This document shows positions 41,268 through 52,091 of a stretch of 64,000 nt of DNA, piece after piece. Within the stretch, counting starts at the first letter, position 1. Every line of letters starts with the position of its first letter. Source of the stretch: Euprymna scolopes. Its lineage: Eukaryota. Under the pieces are notes generated by a model that worked only from the letters and a program-made list of their open reading frames with translations, was not told the DNA's origin and did not search any database. The translations under genes were made by a program, and so were the position numbers. The stretch is from NCBI GenBank assembly GCA_053919585.1, contig JBSSHM010000097.1, one strand, 5' to 3'.

Positions 41268-43055
41268 ATGATGCCAGAAAAAATTCGCAAATATTTATTT
41301 GATAGCATTTGCCAACTGGATTGGCAGATTGATTTGCCTATTGAAAAAATTCATATTAAACAAAATGTTTCGCAAGTTCATGGCGACTTTTCTAGTAATA
41401 TTGCCCTGCAATTAGCTAAACCATTATCAATGGAGGCACGTGCAGTTGCTCAAGATATTAGCAAGAAATTAGAGAGCATAGAAGAATTTGATAAGATAGA
41501 AATTGCTGGACCTGGATTTATTAATATTTTTATTAAAAAAGCACAACGTTATACGGTAGTGGAAAATATTCTTGTGCAAGGAGAAAATTATGCACAAGGA
41601 GTGCCTAATGGTAAGCGAATATTGGTTGAATTTGTTTCAGCCAATCCCACTGGTCCGTTACATGTTGGGCATGGTCGTGGTGCAGTGTATGGGGATTCTT
41701 TGGTTAGATTATTAAAAAAATCAGGTTGTCAAGTAGATGCAGAGTATTATGTGAATGATGCTGGGCGACAAATTGAAATTTTAACGATCTCAGTTTTTTT
41801 GCGCTATGTAGAAAAGTATACGCCCCTATCGGCTGATATTTTTCAAAAGCTTTATTCAAGTAATACCTATCAAGGTGAATATATTATTCATATTGCGGAT
41901 CAATTTGCTAGGCAACTCAATGAAGCACAAAAAAATATAATCAACAAAATTGATTATCAGCCCTTTCTCACTGATTATCAAGAAAAATATAGTGATAAGA
42001 AAGATGTCGAGCATTATATTGATCAATTGATAGCTTTCATTAAGCAAATACTGGGAGAGGAATACAAAGAGATACTTGTGCTATGTAAAACACTGACTTT
42101 AGATGAAATTTTGCAAAATATTGAAAATGATTTGCAAGAGACAAGCGTGGATTATAATCGGTGGTTTTCTGAGCAAAGTTTGGTTGAGGATGGTTCAGTA
42201 AGTGAAAGTCTGGAGTCCTTAAAAGAGGGCAATAAAGTTTATCAAAAGGATGGAGCAACGTGGTTTAAGTCTACAGAATTTGGTGATGATAAAGATAGAG
42301 TGCTTGTACGTCAAGATGGTTTTAAGACTTATTTAATGCATGATATTGCCTATCATAAAAATAAGTTTGATCGAGGATATGATCAAATGATTGATGTTTG
42401 GGGTGCTGATCATCATGGTTATATCGCTCGCATGAAATCAGCTATGCAGTCTCTGGGTTATGATGCGAGTAAGTTGTGTATTTGTTTGGTTCAATTTGCC
42501 AATCTTTATCGTGGTGAAGAGAAAGTGGCAATGAGTACCCGTAGTGGAGATTTTGTCCCATTACGTCAGCTTAGAGAAGAGGTTGGTAATGATGCCATGC
42601 GTTTTTTTTATAATTTAAACCGTTCAGATCAACATCTTAATTTTGATTTACAACTTGCTCTTGAGAAAAGTAATGATAATCCTGTATTTTATGTGCAATA
42701 TGCTTATGCACGTATCCAAAGCATTTTTCAACGCCTTAAGGAACGGGGCTATACTTGGCAATCAAAGGACTCGGATTTAAATCTATTAGATGTAGAATTA
42801 GAAGGGGATTTAATGCGAACATTGAGTATGTATCCACAAAAAATACAGGATGCTGCCAGTAAAAATATGCCACATATGATTACTCTGTATGTTCGTGAAC
42901 TAGCTGCACAAGTTCACCAGTACTACAACAAAAGTACTATTTTAGTTGCAGAATCGGCATTGCGAAATGCTCGTTTAGATTTGTTATTTTCTAGTGGGGT
43001 TGTAATCAAGGATGCCTTATCTATTCTTGGTGTGAGTGCACCTGAGAAAATGTAA
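41268..43055 (+). CDS. argS: Arginine--tRNA ligase
   Basis: SANPTGPLHVGH, GADHHGY, MSTRSG, YVQYAYAR. Confidence 0.98.
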   Translation: MMPEKIRKYLFDSICQLDWQIDLPIEKIHIKQNVSQVHGDFSSNIALQLAKPLSMEARAVAQDISKKLESIEEFDKIEIAGPGFINIFIKKAQRYTVVENILVQGENYAQGVPNGKRILVEFVSANPTGPLHVGHGRGAVYGDSLVRLLKKSGCQVDAEYYVNDAGRQIEILTISVFLRYVEKYTPLSADIFQKLYSSNTYQGEYIIHIADQFARQLNEAQKNIINKIDYQPFLTDYQEKYSDKKDVEHYIDQLIAFIKQILGEEYKEILVLCKTLTLDEILQNIENDLQETSVDYNRWFSEQSLVEDGSVSESLESLKEGNKVYQKDGATWFKSTEFGDDKDRVLVRQDGFKTYLMHDIAYHKNKFDRGYDQMIDVWGADHHGYIARMKSAMQSLGYDASKLCICLVQFANLYRGEEKVAMSTRSGDFVPLRQLREEVGNDAMRFFYNLNRSDQHLNFDLQLALEKSNDNPVFYVQYAYARIQSIFQRLKERGYTWQSKDSDLNLLDVELEGDLMRTLSMYPQKIQDAASKNMPHMITLYVRELAAQVHQYYNKSTILVAESALRNARLDLLFSSGVVIKDALSILGVSAPEKM

Positions 43056-43082
43056 AGATTTTTTTATTTTTTGCTTTAGTGT

Positions 43083-44215
43083 TTAAAGAATAATATTTTC
43101 TTGTGCCAGCAATCTTTTTTTCTCTTCTATTGCAGTACCATGTTTTTCTCCCATAAACCCTCCTATTGTTCCGTTATTGGCTATCACACGGTGGCAAGGT
43201 ATCCATGGGGCACAGGGGTTTTTTCTTAATACCTGACCAATGGCACGATAGGCTCGGCAATTAATTGTATCACCAACTTTACGATAACTTGTGGTTTCCC
43301 CCCATGGGATTTGTGCAACTTTATTAAGCACTTTTTGTTGAAAAGGAGTCATCTTTTGCCATCCTAGCCAAAAGGGTAGTTGTTCTGCAAATCCCTCTTT
43401 GTATGTTGGGTAGTTAAGTTTAAAATTAGCCAGCTTATCGATGTTATTTTTACAAAGCTTGCTTTGAAATTTTATAGGTTGCTTGGAGAGTTGTTTAATC
43501 TCCTCTTTTATATGAGTAGCGACAGGAAAATGTTGATGCTGTAACCAATCAATTATTTCATGATATGGACAGCTGTAATCATCACAGAGAATATAGCGTT
43601 TGAGATGATTAGAGGTGAGTATGCATTGTGTAATAAAGTTGATAAGATCTTGTTGATGAATTCGATTACTAATTTTTTTTAGATTAAGAGATATTGATTT
43701 TTTTCCATTAAGGTAATCAAATAACCACCAACGCATCATGCCATAGATTCCAGCACTATTCATGATGCATGCATCTGTATTCTCCAATAATTTTTTTTCA
43801 GCTTGAGCAAGTACTTGACCTTTCCAATTGCTTGGTTCTATAGGGGATTGGGTAGTAATTTTTTTTTGATTTTCTCCATATACAGCTGTGCTAGAGAGGA
43901 AGTAGAATTTAGCGGATTGTTTGTTATAATGAGTGATTATTTTTTCAATATTATGAATATAGCATTGAGTGTATCCCTTAGGAGAGCGTGAATTAGGAGT
44001 TAGGCTAATAAGAATTTTATCAGCTTTGGGAAGAGATTTTTCCCATTGCGTAAGTGGTAGATTTAAGATCTATTGAGAGGGGAGATATGCATTTAGCAAT
44101 AAGACTGGCTTGACGACGAATGCCATGAACAATATTGCCTTGCTGATGAAGTTGAATACCTACAGAGTTGCCAATTATTCCGCAACCAACAATAAGTATT
44201 CGTTGTGCTAATTGC
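43083..44215 (-). CDS. YeeZ-like NAD(P)-binding domain fused to an O6-methylguanine-DNA methyltransferase domain; one frameshift ~44063; start codon unresolved
   Basis: Manual translation: RILIVGCGIIG, FLSSTAVYG, AGIYG, YPTYKEG, then TPFQQKV...IPWGETTSY...IPCHRV. Confidence 0.75.
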
Positions 44216-44219
44216 GAAT

Positions 44220-44828
44220 CTATACGTTTATTTTCTTGCGAATAGAGGATAACAGTCCTTCTTTTTTCTTATTTCCTTTTTTAGCTGTACTTTCTGTAGT
44301 AGCTTTGCTTAATTTTCTTGGTGAGTGTCCTTTTTTACTTAAGGACATTAAGCCACTAAATTTTGATTTACTATTATTTTCTTTTTTTCTAGGCGGAGTA
44401 CTTCCTTTTCCTGAAGAACCTCTAGAGGTATGTTGTATGGAATTATCAGATCTTTTTACCGTATCAGCACTAATATCGCTTATTGCCTTTTGTGGAATAA
44501 AGTCATCAATATCAAAAACATAGCCAACTTCTTTCTCTTTTGCAATAATGGCCCCTACACAATTGAGCGGTAAAATAATTTCATATGGGGATTTGTCAAA
44601 ATATGCTTCAAAGGTAATGGAATCATTGCCTAACATCAATCCACTAATTGCCTGTGGTGATATATCTAGGGTAACTTGATTTTGACCACTAAGATGATCC
44701 GGAATCACCACATTATTAACCAGTGGGCAAACAACTATTCTTGGTGTATAACCAAAATCTAACATCCACTCATACATAGCCCTAATTAAATAAGGCTTTT
44801 GACTCATTATGACATCGTCATTAATCAT
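44220..44828 (-). CDS. sspB: ClpXP adaptor / stringent starvation protein B with long basic tail
   Basis: KPYLIRAMYEW; follows sspA. Confidence 0.88.
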   Translation of the reverse strand: MINDDVIMSQKPYLIRAMYEWMLDFGYTPRIVVCPLVNNVVIPDHLSGQNQVTLDISPQAISGLMLGNDSITFEAYFDKSPYEIILPLNCVGAIIAKEKEVGYVFDIDDFIPQKAISDISADTVKRSDNSIQHTSRGSSGKGSTPPRKKENNSKSKFSGLMSLSKKGHSPRKLSKATTESTAKKGNKKKEGLLSSIRKKINV

Positions 44829-45438
44829 TGCATACTCTCCTCAAAAAGTGACAGACTACTAGCAAAGCTTTGCGTGTGAAAATTTTTTTCATGTACAATT
44901 CATATTCTACACTAAATGAGTCCATAGGTATCTCATATTTTTTTAGTCTCCAAAGTATGGGGGCTAGCGTCACATCAATTAATGTATACTCATCACCCAT
45001 GCAGTACTCATTATGAGTAAAGGCTGGTCTAAGTTCTAAAAGATTTTTTTTCAGTTTTTTTCTAGCTCGTTCTTTTTGTTCTTCACTGGAGTTAAGATCA
45101 TCTAATATCTTCATCTGAGGAAACCAAAAGTCTCGCATAGTGGAGAGTACCATTCTAATTCTAGCCCGTTTGATTGGATCAACTGGAAGCAGAACTGGAT
45201 TGGGAAAACGTTCATCCAAATATTCCATAATCACCTGTGCTTCATTGAGTACCACATCTTTATCGCATAAGGTCGGGCAATTTCCTTGAGGATTTATTTT
45301 AAGCAATTCCTCAGGGATATCATGCTGATGAACCTCAACAATATCTACCAAGTCTTCTTTTTCAGCAGCAAGCAAGCGTACTCGATGACAATTAGGATCT
45401 AAGGGATCAGAATAGAGTGTTAGTAGGGTTGGATTCAT
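44821..45438 (-). CDS. sspA: Stringent starvation protein A (probable 3' frameshift; corrected end RKAFASSLSLFEESMQ)
   Basis: IMEYLDERFP, LLPVDP, LAPILWRL. Confidence 0.93.
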   Translation of the reverse strand: MNPTLLTLYSDPLDPNCHRVRLLAAEKEDLVDIVEVHQHDIPEELLKINPQGNCPTLCDKDVVLNEAQVIMEYLDERFPNPVLLPVDPIKRARIRMVLSTMRDFWFPQMKILDDLNSSEEQKERARKKLKKNLLELRPAFTHNEYCMGDEYTLIDVTLAPILWRLKKYEIPMDSFSVEYELYMKKIFTRKALLVVCHFLRRVCND

Positions 45439-45487
45439 AAGTTGTTTATATACTGTGTAGCGATAACTAAATAAGGTAAAGCAAAAA

Positions 45488-46264
45488 TTAGTGCTTTCTG
45501 ATATCTTGCCAATAATCTTTTTTCAGCAATGCAAAGATAATGAGTAACACTAATAAAAATAGAATGACTTTAATGCCTAAGTCATAGCGTTCTATTTTAT
45601 TAGGTTCGCTTGCGAATTCAAGGAAATTAGTAATATCACGCGCTAATTGATTAAATTTTGCTTCTTTTTCTTCTAGACGTAACTTTTCTGCTTGAGAAGT
45701 TGGATCAGGATAAGGTTTGGTGCCAATAATTACATTCTCACCATTAACATCACCATATACCGGCACCCTTGCTCCTTGATCTCCGGCAAGAATATTGGGC
45801 ATAGCTGTCCCAGGAAATGCATAGTTATTTGCTTTTCCATTCTCATCAGTGTAGTAGGCCTTTAGATAGGTATATAAAAAATTAGGACTTTTATACTTTG
45901 CTGCTAAGGTGAGATCAGGAATTTCAGTACCATACGTAGCAAGAGCTGATTCTTTGCTTATTCCTCCGATGAATATATCATGGAACTTTGCACGACCATG
46001 AATTAATTCTTTATCAACAGTTTCTTCATCCCATCCGAGGCGATCAGCAATGGTGCTATAACGAAGATATTTAAGCGAGTGACAGCTGGCACAACGATTA
46101 TTGAAGAGAATTGCTCCACGTTTAATTGAATCGGTATCTCTTAGATTATTGTACGATTCAAGTAGAGGAATAGAAGATCCTCCAGCGGCAAATACATTGA
46201 CAGAAATAAATAATGAAAGAGATAACTGTATCAGTGTAATGAGAGTTTTTATCACAGCGTTCAT
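45488..46264 (-). CDS. petC: Cytochrome c1
   Basis: CASCH, AMP, C-terminal anchor LKKDYW. Confidence 0.95.
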   Translation of the reverse strand: MNAVIKTLITLIQLSLSLFISVNVFAAGGSSIPLLESYNNLRDTDSIKRGAILFNNRCASCHSLKYLRYSTIADRLGWDEETVDKELIHGRAKFHDIFIGGISKESALATYGTEIPDLTLAAKYKSPNFLYTYLKAYYTDENGKANNYAFPGTAMPNILAGDQGARVPVYGDVNGENVIIGTKPYPDPTSQAEKLRLEEKEAKFNQLARDITNFLEFASEPNKIERYDLGIKVILFLLVLLIIFALLKKDYWQDIRKH

Positions 46265-46273
46265 CCTAATTAG

Positions 46274-47509
46274 TTAAGTTAATCTTGAAGGGAGTGTTTT
46301 TGCTTCATCCCATTTGGAATAAAATGGCATCAATAAGAAGTAAAGAAAGTATACTGCCGTGAATATTCTTGCCATTAATACGTATCCACCTGATGCAGGT
46401 TGTGTTCCTAGCCAACCTAACATAATAAAGCTGATGACAAAGGTTATCAATGATAACTTAGACATCCAACCCATGTAGCGAATGGATTTATTTTTCGCTT
46501 GATTAAGCCAAGGTAAGAAAAATAAAATCAAAATGCCTGCAAACATAATGAGTGCACCAATGAGTTTGTCCGGTACCGCTCGTAACATTGCATAGTAGGG
46601 AGTGAAATACCATACTGGAGCAATATGTGCAGGAGTTTTTAAAGCATTAGCTGGCTCAAAATTTGGTTTCTCAAGGAAATAGCCAAACATCTCAGGTAGA
46701 AAGAACAGTACGGCACAGAAAACAATTAGGAATCCAGTTGCCCCCATTAAATCTTTTACCGTGTAGTATGGATGAAAAGGAATGCCATCAACAGGTTTTC
46801 CATCCTCACCTTTATGTTCTTTAATTTCTATACCATCAGGGTTGTTTGACCCAACTTTATGTAGAGCAACAATATGCACATAAACCAAAGCAACGAGTAT
46901 AAGAGGTAAGGCAATAACGTGTAGAGCGAAAAAGCGATTAAGTGTGGCATCAGAGATAACAAAGTCTCCACGAATCCATGTAGCTAAATCATCTCCAACG
47001 ATGGGTACGGCTGAGAATAGCGAAATAATAACTTGTGCTCCCCAATAGGACATTTGCCCCCACGGTAATAAGTATCCCATGAATGCTTCTGCCATCATCA
47101 CTAGGTAAATGGTACATCCTAAAATCCACAGTAATTCACGTGGTGCACGGTATGAACCATACATGAAGCCACGAAACATATGTAGGTATACGACTAGGAA
47201 AAAGAATGATGCCCCAGTTGAATGCATGTAACGAATCATCCATCCCCAGTCTACATCACGCATAATGTATTGCACTGAGTCAAATGCAGTTGCCGCTCCG
47301 GGTTTATATGACATAGTTAGCCAAATTCCTGAAACAATTTGAATTACTAGTACAAAGATAGCAAAGCTACCAAAATAATACCAAAAATTAAAATTTTTCG
47401 GAGCCATATACTCCGAAAAATGTTGTTGCCAAGTGCTTAATAAAGGGAATCGTTTGTCAATCCAGCCAACAAAAGCATTTACTTCTTGGGTGTTTTGTGA
47501 ATCACTCAT
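46274..47509 (-). CDS. petB: Cytochrome b
   Basis: RYMHSTGAS, LPWGQMSYWG, PVWY variant of PEWY. Confidence 0.98.
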   Translation of the reverse strand: MSDSQNTQEVNAFVGWIDKRFPLLSTWQQHFSEYMAPKNFNFWYYFGSFAIFVLVIQIVSGIWLTMSYKPGAATAFDSVQYIMRDVDWGWMIRYMHSTGASFFFLVVYLHMFRGFMYGSYRAPRELLWILGCTIYLVMMAEAFMGYLLPWGQMSYWGAQVIISLFSAVPIVGDDLATWIRGDFVISDATLNRFFALHVIALPLILVALVYVHIVALHKVGSNNPDGIEIKEHKGEDGKPVDGIPFHPYYTVKDLMGATGFLIVFCAVLFFLPEMFGYFLEKPNFEPANALKTPAHIAPVWYFTPYYAMLRAVPDKLIGALIMFAGILILFFLPWLNQAKNKSIRYMGWMSKLSLITFVISFIMLGWLGTQPASGGYVLMARIFTAVYFLYFLLMPFYSKWDEAKTLPSRLT

Positions 47510-47511
47510 TG

Positions 47512-48096
47512 TTATGCCTCCTTAGTTTTGCCGATTAAAATTTTGTGATCGTTTACGAATTTGTATGGTGGAACAGACAAATTCGTTGGTGCAGGAACAT
47601 TTTTATAAACACGTCCAGCTAAGTCAAACTTTGATCCATGACAAGGGCAAAAGAATCCTCCCTCCCAGTCAGCTCCTAGTTCTACATCTTTTCCTGGACG
47701 ATAAAGTGGTACGCAACCAAGATGGGTACAAATTCCTTTCAAGACTAAATACTCAGGATTAATTGAGCGATATTCATTCTGAGAGCTTTTAGGTTGAATG
47801 CTATCTTTAGAATCTGGATCGCTTAATAAATCAGTTACATCATCTAAGGTTTTTAGTTGAGCTTTGTCTCTCCTTAAAATCCATATAGGTAAACTGCGCC
47901 ATTCAACCGTAATGAGTTGACCATATTGCATTTTACCGACGTCTATGGAGACAGGTGATCCAGCAGCGAGGGCTTTTTTACTTGGTTTCCAAGAACTAAG
48001 GAAAGGTGTGACGGCAACGGCGATCCCGACACCACCTACAACACTTGCAGTCGCAGTAAGAAATTTACGTCGACTTGGCGAAGGATTTTTTGACAT
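47512..48096 (-). CDS. petA: Rieske Fe-S subunit of bc1
   Basis: Tat motif SRRKFL; CTHLGC; CPCHGS. Confidence 0.98.
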   Translation of the reverse strand: MSKNPSPSRRKFLTATASVVGGVGIAVAVTPFLSSWKPSKKALAAGSPVSIDVGKMQYGQLITVEWRSLPIWILRRDKAQLKTLDDVTDLLSDPDSKDSIQPKSSQNEYRSINPEYLVLKGICTHLGCVPLYRPGKDVELGADWEGGFFCPCHGSKFDLAGRVYKNVPAPTNLSVPPYKFVNDHKILIGKTKEA

Positions 48097-48471
48097 ATTC
48101 TCTGACGGTGCTTTTAAATTATTAAAAATTGTTTATTAAAATCAATGAATTTTTAGTCTTGTTTTAATCTCAGAGAGATCTTGCAAAACATAGATTTTTT
48201 TAGACATGCATAAAATAAACAACTACATACTAAAAATTCACTATCAATAGGTAATTATATCATTAAATAGTATTTTTTATAGACTCGTATTTGTCATCTA
48301 AGCATGACAAACTTGAGTGCATGAACTTATACTTTTTATCCTTTTAAGAGGAGTATGGTGAGATAGCTAAATAGATAAAAATTTTTATCATCTAACTAAC
48401 ACATTGACTCATCAATATGTTGTAAAATCTTTTTTACAAAGGCGTTATTGTGCGTGAAAAAGACGAGAGTT

Positions 48472-48759
48472 CTATAGTTTAGGATGAGTCATGTTGTCTG
48501 ATACTTGATTGATAGAGTCTAATTGAGCAAATTTGTTCCATAAAGATTGTTCATCTTCAATATGCTCAGGATGTTGAATTACGCACTTATCTATGGGGCA
48601 GACTTTTTGGCACTGTGGTTCGTCATAGTAGCCAATGCATTCTGTACATTTATCAGGAATGATTTCATAATACTTTTCACCCATAATAATTGCCTCATTG
48701 GGACATTCTGGTTCGCACATATCACAATTTACACAAGTTGAGTTAATAAGTAATGCCAT
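48472..48759 (-). CDS. YfhL-family 2[4Fe-4S] ferredoxin
   Basis: CVNCDMCEPECP, CTECIGYYDEPQCQKVCP. Confidence 0.93.
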   Translation of the reverse strand: MALLINSTCVNCDMCEPECPNEAIIMGEKYYEIIPDKCTECIGYYDEPQCQKVCPIDKCVIQHPEHIEDEQSLWNKFAQLDSINQVSDNMTHPKL

Positions 48760-48863
48760 AATTGAAGTTTTTAGGTATAAGTAGGTATCAGGTTATCAGT
48801 GTAAAATGCAAAGACCTTAATATAATTAAATTATAGATAAAGAGTTCTAACTATTCACGAATT

Positions 48864-49556
48864 ATGACAGAGAGAATTAGACAGATATTTTTTGATACGG
48901 AAACCACCGGTATTGGTCGGGGACATCGTATCTTGGAATTAGGGGCTGTTGAGGCTATAGATCGTCAACTAACAAACAATACTTTTCATCAAATCATCAA
49001 TCCCGAGCGTGAGATTGATGAGGTAGCAATGAAAATACATGGTATTACCCATGAGATGGTAAAAGATAAACCATTATTTGTTGATGTGGTAGAGGATTTT
49101 TTGGCTTATATAGAGGGTGCTGAGGTAATTATTCATAATGCTGCTTTTGATGTTAAGATGGTGAATGAGGAATTGCAGCTATTATCACAAGAGGGTGGTA
49201 AGAATTATGGGAAAATTAATGAGTATTGTCAAATTACAGACAGCTTATCATTAGCAAGAAAAGTGCTAAAATCAGGCAAGCATAATTTAGATGCCTTATG
49301 TGATTATTTTCATGTTGATAGAAGTGCTAGAGAGAAACATTCTGCTGTGCTTGATTGCTCGTTATTGTTTCATGTTTATATTGCATTAACTAGTGGACAA
49401 AGAGAACTCTTTGCTGAAGGAAAAAAACACACCAGTTCTAAGGAGGTGGCTCAACCAGTGAGAGACTACCAAGGGATTGTCTTGCCTAGTGTGGTAGTGT
49501 TACCCGAAGAACATCAATCTCATCATGATTTTATGCAAAGATTATCTAGAGATTAG
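48864..49556 (+). CDS. dnaQ: DNA polymerase III epsilon subunit
   Basis: DTETTG, IIHNAAFD, HSAVLD, LTSGQ. Confidence 0.96.
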   Translation: MTERIRQIFFDTETTGIGRGHRILELGAVEAIDRQLTNNTFHQIINPEREIDEVAMKIHGITHEMVKDKPLFVDVVEDFLAYIEGAEVIIHNAAFDVKMVNEELQLLSQEGGKNYGKINEYCQITDSLSLARKVLKSGKHNLDALCDYFHVDRSAREKHSAVLDCSLLFHVYIALTSGQRELFAEGKKHTSSKEVAQPVRDYQGIVLPSVVVLPEEHQSHHDFMQRLSRD

Positions 49557-49596
49557 GGGATGATTTGCATGGTTGTTTATGTGCAGGGAATAGGGG

Positions 49597-50676
49597 TTAG
49601 CCAGTTTTTTCCTTAGTTTTAGTGGCTTGTTCAAGTAGTGATAATGCCTTTGAAACACTTTTAATCTCTCTTACATTAAGTGAGCCGCCAGCCGCTTGTG
49701 GATGCCCACCACCATTAAAGTAGCGTCTTGAGAGTTGCCCAACATCGATTTTTTCATTGCGACTACGTATAGATAGCCGAGCATTGCTTCCTACCCGCAT
49801 GGCAATATCAATATGTGGGTTTTTATCCAAATACATTGAACTGACATGCTGAAAAATTGTTCCATTCCAGCGGAAGAATATTGCCACGCTATAGTCATCA
49901 ATTTTTATTTGCGGAGGTTTGTTTTGGCTAAGGTATTGCAAAATTAGATGATGATATTTCCCTTCAAGACAAATATTGTCATCTTCAACAATCTCTATTT
50001 TAACCCCAGCATCATAAAGAAAATCTAGGCGAATTTGGTAGAGTTCTCGCTCAATTTGTACCACAGATTTTTGTTGATCAATGCGTTTAAAACATTGATC
50101 AATGAGGTGAAAATGATAATTTCTGGTATGCTCCTCCATATCATTTGTCATATGTGTGGGAGAAAACATTAAATCAGCCAGTAAGTTGGCTTGATTAAAA
50201 AGTGGGTTAGTGGTTTGCCATAAGTCGGTGACATTAACTAAAGCAGAGAGTCTATCCAAGTAGCCATCTAATTCTTCTGATAGTAAGGGTTTTAACCATT
50301 GATAAACTAAGCGAGTAGCACAGCAAGAGGTGTCTAACTGATACCAAGGGAATTTTTCAGCACAGTCTTTGCCTGTGGCATGATGGTCTAAAAGAAGTAA
50401 TTTAGGTGGGCTAGGTAAACTATTAATTTGTTTATCTAAATTTATGGCTATGTCGGTTGTAAGATTAATGTCTGTAATGAGAAATAGCTGTGGTGGAGAG
50501 CCAGCTAGCGTCTCCATTTTAACTTGCTTAAGTGCTTGACTGATTGTGTACTCTATATCTTTATAGTCACAATTAAACCAACTAACATTATAGAAAGCTC
50601 TTGATACTAAAAATTGTGCACCAATGCCATCAAGGTCGTTGTGGCTAATATGGATAATGCGAGTGGTGGGTTTCAT
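49597..50676 (-). CDS. DHH/DHHA1 phosphoesterase (nanoRNase-like)
   Basis: SHNDLDG, ITD, LLDHH, SIRS, GGGHPQAAG. Confidence 0.9.
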   Translation of the reverse strand: MKPTTRIIHISHNDLDGIGAQFLVSRAFYNVSWFNCDYKDIEYTISQALKQVKMETLAGSPPQLFLITDINLTTDIAINLDKQINSLPSPPKLLLLDHHATGKDCAEKFPWYQLDTSCCATRLVYQWLKPLLSEELDGYLDRLSALVNVTDLWQTTNPLFNQANLLADLMFSPTHMTNDMEEHTRNYHFHLIDQCFKRIDQQKSVVQIERELYQIRLDFLYDAGVKIEIVEDDNICLEGKYHHLILQYLSQNKPPQIKIDDYSVAIFFRWNGTIFQHVSSMYLDKNPHIDIAMRVGSNARLSIRSRNEKIDVGQLSRRYFNGGGHPQAAGGSLNVREIKSVSKALSLLEQATKTKEKTG

Positions 50677-50724
50677 TAATGGAAAAGTGCTAAAATCACG
50701 AGATTAGTTACTAATCTTATCACC

Positions 50725-51912
50725 TTATGCTTCTTTTTGTGCCTTCTCATATAGGCGCTTGTGAGCATCTAAGCCGGCGAAACGGAAATATCCATCAGTA
50801 AAATAGGGGGTGTGAAAAGATGTTCCATCTTGTGGTAAAGCAAAGTGATAAAAATCAAGATATTCTTGATAATTTAGACGTTTTCTATTGGCTAGTAAAC
50901 GTGTGTGTTGTTCTTTAAGTAGGTGTTTGTTGTATCCTTTTAATATTATCCCTGAGAAAAATTCAGCAACAAAACCCGAGCCATAGCTGAATAATCCCAC
51001 ACGTTGCCCCTCAAGGTTGTCTTCATTAAAGTCCAATAGTGAGCATAAATTGAGATAGAGAGAAGCAGTATAACTATTGCCAATCGTTTCGTTATAAAGT
51101 AACCCTGGTGCAATCTTACTTAAGCGGGATTGAAATTCTTCTTTACATCGAAATAATTGTTTAAGGGCTTTCTCTGCCATGCGTGTGAAAGGTAAATGAA
51201 AGCAGAGTTGGTGAATGTGTTCAGGAAGTCTTTTGCTTAACTCACTGTACTTTTTCCAGCATTCGTTTAATGCGTGCAGATAAACTCGAGTGGAGTATTG
51301 TCCATCGACAATAGCAGATTGTCTGTAATTAGGACGCCAAAAATCCATGACATCCTCACTGATGTAAGCACTTTCTGTTTCAATTTGCATGAGTCTTGGT
51401 TGCTCAGAGACTAATAATGCAACAGCTCCACAACCTTGTGTTGCCTCACCTGCTGAATGTAAATCATAGCGTGCAACATCGGAAGTAATCACCAGTACTT
51501 GCGAATCTTTTTCCAAGCTTACCAATCCCATTGCTGCACGCAATGAAAAGGTGCCGCTATAACAGGCTTGTTTGGTCTCAATAATTCGGCAATCTTTAGG
51601 CAAATCAAGGAGTTTATGCACAAATACCCCTGCAGATTTTGATTGATCAATGCCACTTTCTGTGGCAAAAATAAGTGCTTTAATACGATTTCTTTCTGTT
51701 TTTTCTAAAATTTGCAAGGCAGCATTTGCTCCCATGGTTACTACATCCTCATCAGGTGGTAACATGCTCATTTCTTTTTGCCCAATTCCTGTGGAGTATT
51801 TTTCCGCAGGAACACCCCGTTGCTTAGCTAAATCATCTAAGCTGAAAAAAAAGGGTGGGGTGTAAAAACTAATTAAATCAATTCCAATAGCCATAGCATT
51901 AAATTTTAACAT
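50725..51912 (-). CDS. mvaS: Hydroxymethylglutaryl-CoA synthase (bacterial MvaS type)
   Basis: ATESGIDQSKS, KQACYSGT, GEATQGCGA, DFWRP, FHLPF, GNSYTASLY, SYGSG. Confidence 0.95.
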   Translation of the reverse strand: MLKFNAMAIGIDLISFYTPPFFFSLDDLAKQRGVPAEKYSTGIGQKEMSMLPPDEDVVTMGANAALQILEKTERNRIKALIFATESGIDQSKSAGVFVHKLLDLPKDCRIIETKQACYSGTFSLRAAMGLVSLEKDSQVLVITSDVARYDLHSAGEATQGCGAVALLVSEQPRLMQIETESAYISEDVMDFWRPNYRQSAIVDGQYSTRVYLHALNECWKKYSELSKRLPEHIHQLCFHLPFTRMAEKALKQLFRCKEEFQSRLSKIAPGLLYNETIGNSYTASLYLNLCSLLDFNEDNLEGQRVGLFSYGSGFVAEFFSGIILKGYNKHLLKEQHTRLLANRKRLNYQEYLDFYHFALPQDGTSFHTPYFTDGYFRFAGLDAHKRLYEKAQKEA

Positions 51913-52091
51913 CTAAACAAGGGTAATCAAATGGCTTTTTTTATTTGTAAGCTAAGTTATGGTTAAGTTAAAAATATTATTGAAACAATTTCTTTATGGT
52001 GAGTTTGTAATGTTAGTAATGCTAAGTTTGGGAGTATAATTTTTCTTAGTTATCTTTACTTACTTTTAATTATTTAATTGACTAAAAAATC

